Positions 46,701 through 60,230 of a stretch of DNA of 64,000 bases are shown one piece after another. The notes beneath the pieces were generated by a model. That model worked only from the letters and a program-made list of their open reading frames with translations. It was not told the DNA's origin and did not search any database. This DNA is from Vicugna vicugna (lineage: Eukaryota), in NCBI GenBank assembly GCA_013265495.1, contig MU057724.1, positions 1,689,102-1,753,101 on the forward strand, written 5' to 3'. Within the stretch, counting starts at the first letter, position 1. Each line of letters starts with the position of its first letter. A program made the translations under genes and the position numbers.

Positions 46701-49449
46701 TATAACTGTGATAACTTCACTTCTGCATTAATCTTTTTTTCCTCCGAAAAGTTTGAGCCAACACCTTCCTATCCCCTCCTATTGCCACTAAAAAATCCAA
46801 ACAAAATAAGACAAATTCTGGCTTTTTTTTCCCCCAGCCTGAGATGGAAGTGGTGAGAGACATTGCCACTTTTGGATGGTTTTCTGCACACTTTTGGGCG
46901 AACTCCCAAAAGAACCAAGCGCCATGAATGCACTTTTCTGGTTTGACATGATTTTGGAGGGTCTGTGACTCACCCTCTCCCTGCAGTACCACACCCTGCT
47001 CCTGCGGGCTGAGAAGCAGGACTGTGAGCCCCTCAGAAAGCCTTAGCATCCTCTGTCTTTCTTCTCTATCCTTCTCTTTCCAAAGATGATAGATTGTGTG
47101 AAGTCACACCCCTCCCCTTGTGGGACGGCTCCTGTGTCGTTCACATGGCTTTTAAGCTTTGTTATCATTTGTTTTGTTCAGTTGCAGAAAACAAGATGTT
47201 GCCTTCTGGCTCCGTTCTGCCTTGATTCCATGTTTCCTTCTGCCCTCTTGCTTCAGAGGAGCCTCTCAAATAAAACAAAGATGCCACAACATGGGCTCCC
47301 ACCAGCCCGCGTCTCGAGTCCATCCTAGGAGGCCTTGACTCTACCTGAGACGAACCTAGACTGTCCTCAGACGAGGCTCTGCGTCCCTGGCAGTGGTCTG
47401 GGGTGAGGGTCACCAGACCCCTCCTTCCCACTGTACAGTGTGATACTGAGAAAGGCGTCACCTAGGAGAACTCAGTTCTGAGGGGCACCCGTCACATGAT
47501 CTGCTCCTCACGACTTACGTTTCATAATTGGAATTAATAGTCCAGGGGTGAACTTGATGCTAAACAGCACAACTGTACCATCGGTTCCAACACCAGAGTT
47601 TGGGGGATTTCTACGTGGTTTATGGAAAGGTTATTTTAAGAGGCGCCGTTTACAGTGAAGCCCTCTGACAGCGCCTCTTTACTGAACCAATTTGATATTT
47701 ATAAATGCCTGGGGGAGGAGGAAGGAGCTACTGAAACTGCATCACCGCCTTCAGGAAAATTTTAAAAGGGCTTGTTGAATATTAACGTCGTGTACAATGA
47801 CTTTTGAGCTCTTGCCAAGAGTGCCAGGGTAACCAGGGTAGGAAGGTCCCAGTGTGCCTGAAAATTATTTTAGCGTACAGAGCCCGACCCAAGCTGCTGT
47901 TTGTAGATTTAAACTTGCGGGCAGATGCTGTAAGAGGAGCAGAGCACTGGCAGCAGTTTGCAAATCGGCATCAGAGGGAAGCCCCGGGCTGAGAGCACGT
48001 GAACGCACCTGAGATCACAGGCCCAGGGGAGATATTCAAAAGGACAAGGTGCTTTGGGGCCTGCACCACAGGCGAGCTCACAAGCGGCTGCAGGAAAAAG
48101 GGAGACAGGAGACTTTTCCCTAAAAAACACGTTCCCCTAGACTAAGAGCCCTCCATTAGGAAATGTGTTACGCATCTTCCCTTGTGTTTTAAATAGTTCT
48201 TTTTCCCCTGAGCACGCTCTCGTGTCATCGTCCTTTCATGCTTAATGGGATGTTTTTGTATTAAAATTATACAAAAACGCAAATGATTATTAGACTGGAA
48301 GAAGACGGCATAACCTTTGGACTATACATACGCAAAGCTTGAATTCAAAACTGAACTGGAGCTACTGCATCTTTGTTAATTACCTTCTGGATTCTGCACA
48401 CAGGGTTTACACAGGGTTTGCACAGGGACCGCGCAATGCCAGTTTTCTCTGAAGTCCTGCCATCCACGGGCTAATTCATGCAGCAAGAATTTATTCTAGC
48501 ATTAATTAAAAAACAATCATCACGAAGAATCTTTCTATTCATGAAAGAGAAAATAGAGTGCATTCTTTGTAGAGTTATGTAAATTTCCCAACGCTGTCCC
48601 TGCAATGAATAGATGAATATAAATTTTAGTGCCGGTAATTAAGCACAATTATTTTCATTAGGAATATTTTGTTTTCATGGAAGTCATAGACGAAACTAAA
48701 GAAAAATTGAATAGGATCTTGATAAATGTCACAATATTATATCCAACCAACACAAAATGTAGTATCAATAGTGATACATTGTATTTTTATTCCCACTTCA
48801 CAGAAAAAGGAAGTAGATTGCATAGAGGTTTGGCAGCACCCAAAATCACACACAGAATAATCAGCAAAGCCCAGGTTTCGCCCCACGTTTGTCTGATCTC
48901 AAAGTTCACGCTCACGCCCGATGGGAAAGCAGTTGCCTGAGGCCCTGCCACCTCAGCGGTGGACAGAAGAGCCGCTCTAACATCCACGTGCGTCTGTGAC
49001 GTGTTCTTTGGGGCTGAGGCTGGCTGACACCTCACAGTCACCGACGGGTGCCCATCGAACACGCGTGTGCGGCCGCCGTGTCTGCTGTCCTCCCACGGGC
49101 AGGGGGCTGGGGAACGCCCCGCGTAGAAGTTGGTAGTCTCCGTTGTGGGCAGAAGAACTAGAGAATGAGCTTAGTTACTTTAAAGACATGTCACTGTTAC
49201 TGGTCTGGGAGCCCTGGACTCTGACTCAGGTCCTGAGACTGATACCCCGAGCTCTGTCTGCCAATCGCATGAATGGGCAGCATTTGACTTTACTTCTGAA
49301 AGAGAAGAGGAACCGGTTTGCAAAATGAAAGTGACGGGGACCCTGGGGGAGCGTTCAGTGAATCACATCTGTTGTTGGTACAAAACAGGCTCCCCGAAGC
49401 TCCGCACAACCGCCCAGTGTCCCCCCTGCTCTGCGGCCAGGAGGCTCTC

Positions 49450-49463
49450 GCGCCCCCTGCAGG
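49450..49463 (-). promoter_or_regulatory. CTCF binding motif
   Basis: Minus strand CCTGCAGGGGGCGC. Confidence 0.5.
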
Positions 49464-49629
49464 GTCTTCTGGGGCAGGAGCGCCCAGCGTGTTCTCTTCA
49501 CTTTTTCTGGTTCCTCAGCTGAGATGGTTCAACTTCTGGGGGCTGGTGGGCTCCGCTGGACGGGGGTCTCTGGGCGGGCTGGCCTCCTCTGTGGGGTCAC
49601 AGGGTCTCCCTCTCTCTCCCCTCTCTTAC

Positions 49630-49885
49630 ACACCCTGAGGAGGGGTTGCTGGAGCCTTCGATCTACAGCCAACTGGACAGAAGCACAGGTGACGACATGG
49701 GCGAGTTTGGCACCTGAAGAGGGAGAGGCAGTCTTGTAGGACCGAGCTCAGCCCGTGGGGTCCGACGCTGTCCCCAGGTAGACGGTGTCAGAGTCGAGCT
49801 GAAGTGGAGGACACTCAGCAGGTGCTGCAGAATCGCCTAGTGGTGGGTTGAAAACTCACACACGTTGGGGCTGGCGTCAGAATCG
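49630..49885. mobile_element. MER21-like LTR fragment
   Basis: CAGAAGCACAGGTGAC...GGCAGTCTTGTAGGAC...TCCCCAGGTAGACGGTGTCAGA...GGACACTCAGC. Confidence 0.65.
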
Positions 49886-50281
49886 TTCCACATTATACAC
49901 TCACCCCTATTATGGCTCCCAAATGTCTCATCCTATCAACCAGAGGGCGCAGGCTTGAGGCCCAGGGTCGCCTTGTCTAAGTTAGGTCCAGGTGCTGGTG
50001 AGGCCCCTCTAGGGCCGGCCTCCCAATCTGATGACCTGTGACCTCAAGGTTCACACAGTCTGTCGCCCCCGACACACACTGACAAGGGAGTGGCCGGAGA
50101 ACCGGAAAAGAAGGGAAGAGGAGCGGCTGCTCCAGAGCACTGCTGCAATCCCGACCGTGCACGCTGCTCAGCCCTGCCCTCGGGAGCATCTGTCTGGGGC
50201 CCTCGGCTCCTCCCTCCCAATCATAGTTCTTCATCCTGAGAAGTGGCCTTTGTTTGGAGCAAAATACCTTTCACAGCCTCG

Positions 50282-50600
50282 TGTTGGGGGTTCCCAAGCC
50301 CAGCCTGGGTTTCAGTAGACGGACCTGCAGGGATCAGAAGCTGTTGCACTGATGGTTATGGTTTATTACAGTGAAAGGATACAGAATAAAACAGGAAAGG
50401 AAAAGGTGCCTGGAGTGACGTCTGGGAGGAAGCGGGTGTGGCCTCCAGGCGTCCTCTGCTGTGAACGCACACGTGCACTGAATCTTCCCGCGACAATGTG
50501 TAGCCGCACGTGCACGATGTTGGCAGCAGGGGAAGCTCGCCTGAGCCGCGGTGTCCAGGGGGTTTCCTGGGGTCAGTTTTACTGGGGCCGTGAAGGTGCA
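50282..50600. mobile_element. MER21-like LTR fragment
   Basis: GGGGGTTCCCAAG...GGTTATGGTTTATTACAGTGAAAGGATACAGA...GGGAAGCTCGCCTGAGCC..GGTGTCCAG. Confidence 0.7.
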
Positions 50601-52794
50601 CACCACCTCGATTGCTTTGGCTACTGAGAGCAAATTGAAACGCTGAGGTCGAGCACAGAAGGTCGTTGGTCGTCCGGCCAGGAGGAGCGGCGGGGCCTGT
50701 CGAGATGGGACGAGGGGGAGGCATGGTATCTCTTGGTTTTTGGGTTTAGAATCGGGAGGGAGGTGCTGACAGGTACTCAGCTGAGAAATTCTGGGAGGAT
50801 AATAAGCTCAGGCGCTTCCAGGAAGACCTGCGTGTGGATTGTTGAGTCTGAAATGCCCACGAGCTAGTCGAGTGTAGGAGTCAGGTGTGCAGCTGGGTTT
50901 GGTGCTGGGGCCGAGGGTTCCATCAGGATGAGACGCATACAGCTGCGCGTCATCAGCAGAAGGTGGCGTTCATGCCCTTGGATCCTGAGTGCGACGCAGC
51001 AGGTGTTGGTAACTGCAATTGTGGGTGGGTGAGTGTGGTGCCACCTCAATGCGGGGGCCAGAGGGCAGTGACCACAATTAACAGCAGTAGAAACGGTCAC
51101 TTTCTGAGTGTGCACAGTCTCCTCGGAGCTGGGATCAACCGGCCCGCGGACGGCACAAAGCTGGAAAACCAGTGTCAGGAATGTGGCTTAATCAAGAGCG
51201 TGAACCATGATCTCTGATTTGAGAATGATTTATTTCACTCTTTTATAATTTACGGCTAGTGTATAATTTTATGGACATTATTTATTTCATGAAACAAAAT
51301 TTCAGAAACCAGAAAAGTGCAGTGTATCGATGCTCAAACCAGAAAAATATTTCATTTTGATGCTACTTAGCTGAAAAGAAGGTTCAAAATGTATTAAGGA
51401 AAAAATCCCTAAGATTGAAGGGAACCAAAGCACGTGTGAAATTCTACAGGAAGTCACATAATATTTTATTCTTAGAGAAAAATTTGTATTCCTTTGTGAG
51501 AAGGAATAAAGGAAAGTGTCCCAAAGTCTTTGTCATATGAAATTGAGATTTTTTTAAGTGTAAAAAATTAGCAGCCTGATAATAACATAAAAGGACGCAA
51601 CATTTGTTTTTAATGATGCAGAAGTGGACGACGACCATCGCAGTCGCTGCCAGGAAAACTTCCACAGACAGATCCTTCTCCTGTTATTAGGTTGGTGTTA
51701 ATAATTATCCAGGCACCAAATGGCAGTTTGGAGAGTTGCTGAAAGAAGACTTTCAGACCCATTCTTCCAACTGAGACATTCAGGGACTAAGAAATGTGTG
51801 GAATTGAATTAAAACACTGGTAAAGCAATTTGTTTTCTCTTCTCTGTTACAAATGATCGTATCTAGCCAGCTGGGCGGATCTCATAGCTGGGGAGGAGGG
51901 GGCAGCGGTGAGGATGGCCTGGTGTCTCCCAGCAGTTCCCCAGACGGACAGACAGAACCGCTCTTTCTGGATGTGGACACAGGGACCAGCAAGAGGGATG
52001 TGGGGGGTGAGGGGGGCTGCCCACCGTCTCCCCTCATGTGTGCTGGGGATTCCCACCCAGGCTGGCTGCAGGGGCCGGGGGCCAAGCCGCAGAAGCTGGA
52101 GGTTTGAGATGTGGTTTGTGTGTGGAAGGGTGTCAGCAAGGCGTCTGTGATCCACTGGTTCATTCATTCAACTCGTAGGATGTGCTGCTGGCGAGGCTGC
52201 CGGGCACGTGGCGGGGCACGGACATGCGGCGTGTCCTTCCTCTCAAGAGCTGACCATCCAACAGGAGGTGATAATCGTGGAGGTGACGGTGAGACCAGAA
52301 ACACTGAGGTGTCTACATGTCCCTCCTTAACACCTCGCTCTAGTACCCGAGCGCAGCAAAACTCCTGGGCCCTCCCAGTCTCCTTTATTAATGTGAATGT
52401 TGATTATCAAAGGCTCATAGCCAACCTTGACGGAACCAGCAGGTTGATCCAGGCACACTGGCTGGCTGGTCTGGGGGTGGACATAATTCCCCTTGTTCCA
52501 GGCCACTCACTATATCGCCCGGTTTTCTCAGGGAACACGAGGAATTGCTGAGATGAAACTTTGTGACCAAATTTCTTACTTGCAGGAAAAATTTGCTTAG
52601 AAAAAGAAGATATGAAGGGGAGTTTTAACCTGTCCGTAGATTTCAGCAGTTCGTGCCTCTGTGGGCTTCTCTCTTCCAGAAGAGGTCTGTCTGCCGTTGC
52701 AATAATTTGTCTCAATAGTATTATGGAGTTGGTATGTTAACAGCCCTAAAGGCTTTTAAAAAATGGAATCAGTCTGAGGGTTTTAAAAATTAAT

Positions 52795-53140
52795 CCTTCC
52801 CTTTGCAGCAACATGGACGGACTTGGAGGGCGTTGTGCCAAGCTAAATACATCAGACAGAGAAAGACAAATACTGTATGATATTGTTTATATGTGGAATC
52901 TGAAAAATACAACCAACTAGTGGATATAACATCAAAGAAGCTCACAGACACAGAGAACAAGCCGTGGCTGCCAGTGGGGGAGGGAGGGGCAATTTAGGGG
53001 TGGGGGAGGTGGGAGGTGTCAACACTGGGTGTAAGACAGGCTCAAGGATGTGTTGTGTGCAGCACGGGGAATACAGCCAATACTTTGTAATAACTGTAAA
53101 TGGAAAGTAACCTTAAAATGGCGTAACATTAAAAAAGTTA
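52795..53140 (+). mobile_element. LINE-1 3' end
   Basis: TTTGCAGCAACATGGACGGACTTGGAGGG...CAGACAGAGAAAGACAAATACTGTATGAT...ATGTGGAATCT. Confidence 0.88.
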
Positions 53141-53534
53141 AAAATCAAACTTGAAAGATGTAAAAATAGAAGATTATGATAGTAAAATGTAAAAATCTAT
53201 ATTGAAAAAGGAAATATAAATTTATGTCAACAGAAATTTCATTAACCAGAGATAACCACTGGTAATATTTTGTTATATTTTTACATTGTTTTAAAGCTTG
53301 CAATCTTTTTTCTTAAGCATACATCAGGAAATTTTTTCCAGATTAATGAAAATAACTCAAATTACCTTTTAATCATTATAGCCTTCTATTGTATGAATTT
53401 GCCATATGTGGCTAAGCCATCCTCTTATGTGACAATGAAGATATTTTTATATTTTCACCATAAACAATGCTACAATTAACACTTCTGCACACCTCTTTAT
53501 TAGGTAGGCCTCATTTAAAATTTTTTATTTATTT

Positions 53535-53722
53535 ACTTATTTACTAATTTTTTTTATTGAAGTATAGTCAGTTTATAATGTTGTATCAATTCCTGGTGCA
53601 CAGCATAATATTTCAGACATACATGTACACACACATATTCCTTTTCATACTCTTTTCCATTATAAGTTACTATAAAATATTGAATATAGTTCCCTGTGCT
53701 GTATAGAGTAGAAACTTGTTTA
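53535..53722 (-). mobile_element. LINE-1 3' UTR fragment
   Basis: TTTATTGAAGTATAGTCAGTTTATAATGTTG...GGTGCACAGCATAAT...ATTGAATATAGTTCCCTGTGCT. Confidence 0.85.
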
Positions 53723-54089
53723 TCTAAGGTCTAATTTTTAAAAATAAAATTGCTGGGTCCACAATGGTAACACTTTGAAGGTTTTTGATACATTTTGCCA
53801 AGTTTCCCTCCAGAAATGTAGCAATCCATGCTTCTGACACCAGTGTCACAGAGGAATTCCAAAGATCTTTGTCAAGACCAACTTTCTCTTCTTTCATATT
53901 TACCACTTTGATGAATCAGTGTAACTCATTGTTTTCAATTTAAAATATGTTAAAAATGAGTATGTTTTATTTTAAGCTCTAACGTTTTGATTTTTTTAAG
54001 TTTTATGCAGATGAGCCCAAAATAGGGGAGGTTAAACATACACTGTAAATACTGAGCCTGTGTGGATTTAATTGATGACGTGAAGGAAA

Positions 54090-54334
54090 GCTTTTCCTGA
54101 CCTCATACCAGATACCAGGTGAGAGGCACTAAGGGTCAAGGTCGCCAAGGTTGAGCGGGGGCAGGGGAGGGACCTTCAGCCTTGGTCGCTGGCCCTGGGA
54201 CGGCTGAACAAGGAATCCCGGGGGATAAACGAATTTCTGGCCAACCCTAGTCTGAGTTGTCCAGAGATGGCTGGGCGAGGGGACTGAGAGCGAGAGGCAG
54301 AAACACGGGGCAGAACCCACAGGAAATCATTACA
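54090..54334 (-). mobile_element. LTR-like fragment
   Basis: Begins TGTAATG on the minus strand, LTR-like composition; family not identified. Confidence 0.3.
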
Positions 54335-56444
54335 GGAGGCGCATCAGCATGTTGAGATCCCAGCGTTGAGCAGCTGAGAGCAGAGTGGCCGGAGCCTGGG
54401 CCTTCGGGCCTCTCACAGCTCTGGCCACTGTGCTCCCTCCCCCGAGACCCTGGCAGGGACGTCTGGCAGGGGAGGACTCGCGCACAGCTTGTTGCAGTTT
54501 GCTTGTTTCAAGCCGGCTACTGTACAAGCATCTTCACGTACTATTCATGCAGTTTCAGTCCACATACGAGGTACCTAAGATGAGCAGGCCGTCCCTCTGG
54601 CACAGGAAAGCAACAAAGCTGACCAGTGAGGGTGCAGAAGGGTGTGTTTTCATCCAAGGACAAACTCTGGCATTAAACGAACACCTGCTCGTCCACGCTC
54701 GGCATCCAGAGCAGCCAGGGGGAGGAGTTCAGTCCAGGTGACAGGTGGGGCCGCCCACTAGTCTTGAGTCAGCCTCCATCCTGGAGGGAAAAACACAGCT
54801 CTTTCGGGAGACCTCTTGCTGCTAACCCAACCAACAAAGCGACTTCCACACAGAGGCGATCATGCTTGCTGGCGGATCTGCAGGCGGGAAAACACAAGAA
54901 AACACGACCAAGAGGGAAGGTACCTCTCCACACCCCCTTCTTCCTTTCAGTCCACTAATAACAACAGCTGGTAAAAGGTGCATCTCCAAGGGCCACGGAG
55001 ACCCTTTACAGGCGCGATCTTTTCCTTTCTCAGGGGGAGGAGTTCTGTGGGGGCTGGGAACCCGGGACTGCTGCCTGTTGCCCTTAAATTAATCACATCA
55101 ACATCCGTTAACATCTTTCTCTGAAGCATTTCATGGTGCCTACTGCAAAAGTGAAATTTGTATTTTCTTTTATTTCCTTTTAAATGCAGTTACTAGATCA
55201 GCGGGAGAGACCTGCAAATACGGAAGGATTAGTTGCACAGTGGCTCATCGGTTCTGTCCCAGGAGAGGTGATACGGGGGTGCTCGGGGCTCCTGAATGGT
55301 CACAGGTTACACCCTCCCAAAGAGGGTGAGGCTCAGAGCCAGTCTGGACTTTTGAAAAAGAAAAAAAAAGGAAGAGGAATCTCTCTGGCAGATGGCTTAA
55401 ATGAACCCAGCAGAAGGCTGAGACTCGGGTAAGTAACACCTAAGTGCTGAATCATGTTTTGGGGAGAAGACAGACTGGTAACAGACGATCCCTGACTTGC
55501 CTCAGCCTCTTCTTGTCCCAGAAAGTCCGTCTCCTTGTTTGTTTCCGAAAAATCAGAACTTCCCTCAGCTGAGAGGCTGGAGACACCGTTGATTTTGACC
55601 AACACCGAAGGCATCTCTCCACAGTATTTTTAAAAACCACACTTAGGGTAGTTGAATTAAAATACAAATGTTACTTTTCTCTCCACAAATACTGTCACAA
55701 AACCAAATTTCTTATTCATGGTATAAAATCAGAAGAAATCTACCATTTGTTAAAGTTTATCCATCCTAACGTTAAAAAAGCTCACCTTTTAGGAATTTCA
55801 ACACATGTTGCAATTTTTTTCTACTGTGAATTTAATATTCTAATATAATTGGTCATTACTAGAATGACTTCCCTCAGGTCATCTGAGAGAAGAGGCTGAA
55901 AATCAAGAATGAAGAAGTTGATTTGATCTGTTCTTGTGTAAACAAGCTTTCATGTGGCTCAGCCCCAAAGAGAAAATGATATTAATGCGGAATTATTAGA
56001 TCAAGTGAGTTTACTGGTTCCAGAACAATTTTCTTGATGGAGGTAGGATTTCTTTTGTTTGTTCCAGTAGGTTTTTAAAGCAAACTATTAACCGTCTTAG
56101 TTTCACTTTGATCTGACGCGTTCCTCATGAACTGTGCCTGCACCAGGCGCCTTCCGCCAGGAGTGTCACCTTTGGTCACTGGTGCTGGAGTTCAAAAGAA
56201 GTGGCCTAGCCTACCTGAAACTTCCATTAGATATATTTAATTTGGGGACGATGTGAAGCAGATTCATCTGAAATAGTAGCTCTTACTTCTGTGTCAAAAC
56301 TATTATAGGTTTTCAGAGTAACTATGTTCAGTTGGCCTAGATACAACAGCAAATTTAAGCTCTGCGTGTTACAAGCTAAAAAAAAAATCTTGGAAAGATT
56401 CCCGTATCTTATTTTTCTTTTATTTTCTATGCTAAAAATGAGTA

Positions 56445-56800
56445 ATGAACCTTGAAGATGTTAAGCTTAGAGAAATAAACCAGAAACAAAACGGCAAATG
56501 TTATTATTCTGTTTACATGAAATGCCTAGGGTAGCCAAATTCATAGGACGGGAATTAAAACAGTGGTTACTACAGACCGGGAAGAAGAGGAATGGGAATC
56601 CGCTCCTTGCTAAGCACCGAGTTGGTTTGGGATAACGAGAGAGCTTTGAAGACAGGTAGTGGTGACAGTCACATAACAATGTGAATGTACTTAACACCAC
56701 TGAATTGCACACTTAAAATGGTTTACAAAGTACACTTTATGTTATGTATATTTTAGCACAATAAAATAAAATAAAATAAAAAGAACTATTAAAAAAAAAG
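56445..56800 (+). mobile_element. L1MB-like 3' UTR
   Basis: GAACCTTGAAGA...CAAATTCATAG...GTGGTTAC...ACAATGTGAATGTACTTAACACCACTGAATTGCACACTTAAAATGGTT plus A tail. Confidence 0.85.
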
Positions 56801-58989
56801 AAGTGGCTTAGGAAGGGATACAGGAAACGATAAAGTAGCAGTAAGATGCCTGCAGGGGCTGAAATGGTTTCGCTGGAAGAATTTCAATATGTCTTTAGAA
56901 GAAGATGCCCAAGAGATGATCTAATCCAGCCTCTTGTTTTATTGCTGTAGGAAGTCAGGGAAACCAAGTGGCTTATCCAGCGTTAGTTACAGATCCGAGA
57001 AGAATACGTCCCAGTTGAGTTTAATCCGGTGTTCCTTCTACCTAGGTTGGTATCAATTCCATCGGTCTGTCTGCCTGTCTATCAAATATCCATCTCTCTT
57101 CATCTACACCGATACCTACACAATCACGGCTCTCTATGTGCCCGCGCACGCGCGCGTGTGTAATCTTGTCCTCTGAGAGTATTTACCTTTGAGAGAGAGT
57201 TTAGAACAGGTTTCCCCAGGCGATGTGACCTAGAGTCTTCAAATAAACTTAGAATTTGAAATAATACACAAATGACATCCTGAAAATTAAACTGAATTAT
57301 TCTGAGTGGGAGATTTAAATTATTTGTCGCCCACATTAACGTGTTTTCTCACCTGTGCAAGCCATAATTAATCTCCGAGTAATTGAATATTTTGTTGCAA
57401 AATAGCCTAACTTGCTAAAGAAGTGAGGTGGTGGTGTCAAGGCTGGCCTGGTAAGCCACCCAAGAGGAAATACTTCTGAAATGAGGCACCGAAAAATGTG
57501 AGGATTATGACAAGCTAACGGGGGACGGATGAATCTCTGTTCGGCCTCTCTGTGCATTTCTCTCTGACCCAAGTGAATTTTACGAATCTGTTGTTACTGT
57601 AGATGTTGTAAATGAAGAATTTACTTCTCATTTCCTAATGACAATAATTATAATATAGTAATAGTAAAATAATAGGCAGTGTGCCAAGCGCTGTTTTAAT
57701 TATGTGATTAATTAAATTGGGAATGAGAGAGCCTATGGGAAGGGGATGAACTAGGGAAAGGCAGCCCTCCTCTCGGTGGTACAGCTGCCTGTCCGGCACA
57801 CGGTTCCCGGGAGTCTGCATCCTCGTGTACCGCCCGCCCGCGGGCACCTGCCTCGCCTCACGGGGCTGCCCCCCACCTGGCAGCCTTCTGCTCATGATGC
57901 TGCTTTGCTCCTTGCTGGTTCTCATTGCTCAGGGAAACGCAGTTTAAAAGACTGAGGGAGGATGGAAATGTTTCGAGGCACCGCGGCCCTCCCACTTTAA
58001 CTCACCACCCCTTCCTTCTGCTCTGAGCGGTGAGACCCCATCTACAATCACAAATGAGATTCACCTCCAACTGGCACGTGTTCTGAGAACAGCCAGAAGC
58101 ACAAATTACTTAGTGATGCTTTCTGGGTAACATTACAGGTTTGGTTTTGTTTTGGTTTGGCTTTTTCCTTAGAGTGGTTTACCAGAAAAGCTTTAACTGC
58201 TAAAACTTTTCCTCTCATCTCTCCAGTGATAAAATTCTGATAAAAATGTATGTGTTGATATATGTTACGAAAATTATTGGAGAAACTCTGGGGGGAGGTG
58301 AGGAGAAGGAATTTGCTACAATAGGAAATGGCCTCAATGAACATGTCCATTTAAAGATTAACGTTTCATAAAATTTATTTTTAATATTTCTTTGTATTTC
58401 CTAGTTTTCAGCACAGGTTTTTCTGTTTACATGCTAATGTATTTGTGTGACAATAATTTGCAAGAAAAACTACAACCAGGTATTAAATAATAACAGACAT
58501 CATCGTTGTCATTGCCACTAGAGGTCAGGCAAAACAAACACGGCAGAGACTTTCCCTGTGTCCTTCACAAAATACCAGAAAGCCAGGCTATTTCCTGTGC
58601 CCATTAAACACAGTCACGTGGTCTGCATCTCTCTAGCTTTTCCACGGAGCCAAAAAGAGGATGTCTATGACTGTAAATTATATAGTCGAAATTGTATCCG
58701 TTTATTCCTCTGATGTTTTAAACGAAATGAATAGTTTATGAATTAGTAACGAAATGGCTAGCATTTACAGTTGCATTCTTTATCCAATTGTTGCTCAAGT
58801 GACTTTTATGAAGATAAAGTTTCATGCATTTTTAAAAGACACACAATGTGAATCAGAGAAAGGGGTTTGCTAGAGATTCTGTCGTAATAACTAGCCTGCC
58901 GTACACCTTAGTAATGAAGGTGTTTTATACGGTATATTTCTTCTTCAAAAGGTATGTTAAGCATTGAAGGTCAGTAGAAGTCTCTGCAT

Positions 58990-60230
58990 GTACCCGGAGT
59001 GCCTCCCAGCCCCGCCGCAGCCGCCTCCTAGCCCTGAACCTTTAAAACCTAAAGATGGAGTGGATGGCTTGGGGCCAGGAAGACCCGCCTTTGGGAGCTG
59101 GGTGAACTCCGGTGGGCTCAGTAACTTCTCCGGGGGGCGGGGGGCTTCACGGGGGGGGGGGGGGGCCGGCCACACGGACAACGGACCAAGGCAGCTGCGG
59201 GTGCTCTGAAGGGTGACGGGGCCTTGCGGGTGCAGAGGTTCTTAGTGCGAGAGGCCACCAGCAGAACACAGCCCCTCTGGGAACCCTGATATGTTCTGGA
59301 GGAGGCGCAGGAATGCCTGCAGCAAAGGGACAGAGACTTGAGTTAAAGCACGCTTTTCTCTACCGTCCAAACAACTCGGAAGCCAGAACCTGAGGGCGTC
59401 TGTGACACTCACAGGTAGCGCTGCCCGGGGCTACAGCTGCATCTGACGAAGGACGGTCAAGGCGCACAGCCCTCACAGCTGCCTTCCCGCCCTCCGGCCG
59501 CCCGCTGAGAGCGCAGGCCCTGCTCCCGCCCCCCATCCCCCACCCCGCCCACCCCGGCTCGCGGACCCTGCCTCCGGGCCCTTGCCTGCGTCGCCTCCTG
59601 CCCCGGCTAATCTGACCGGCGGACACCCGCCCCCAGACCCCGCCCCGCACTTCGCCCCTTTATTCCTCTTTGCAGGCGGCCACCTCCCGGCTCTTCCCGC
59701 AGCTCCGTCCACCCTTCAGGTCCCGCCCAGACGCGACGGCTTCCGCACACTGTCCGAGGTCCCTCGGGGCAGAGTGCACCCCCCCACCCCGGTCTCCTGG
59801 CCGGGCTGCTTTGTCCCCTGTGTCCTCCGCCTGCGCGTGGCCCACCTGCCTTGCGATGCTGTGTTTTAGGTGGGGGCCTCCCGTTGCACAGGATTTGCTG
59901 GAGCCGTGCTGGGGCACCCCAGCCCCTCTCTCCCGGGCGAAGCGCCCCCTTCCCAGCTTCGGGGAGGTGGACGGCCAGCAGCCCACAGCGGGGTCCCCAC
60001 CCCCCGAAGGGGCACGCCCTCTGCAGGCTGCCAGGACCCCAGGACTCCTCTGTGGGGGGTGGCAGGTTTTACAGGCTCAGCCCCCTGGCTGCGGGGTTGA
60101 CCGGCTCTGTAGGGTCATCCCAGCTCCAGAGCGCCCCCTGGGCACGGCCGAGGGTTCTGCAGCGACCGTCCAGCCCCTCCACTGCCAGTCCCGCTCCCAC
60201 GGGACCCAATGCCAGGGCACGTTCCACTAA
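58990..60230. promoter_or_regulatory. CpG island / GC-box-rich putative promoter
   Basis: Multiple CCCGCCC (Sp/KLF) boxes at ~59525-59647, CpG-dense, poly-G tract at 59151-59165. Confidence 0.7.
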
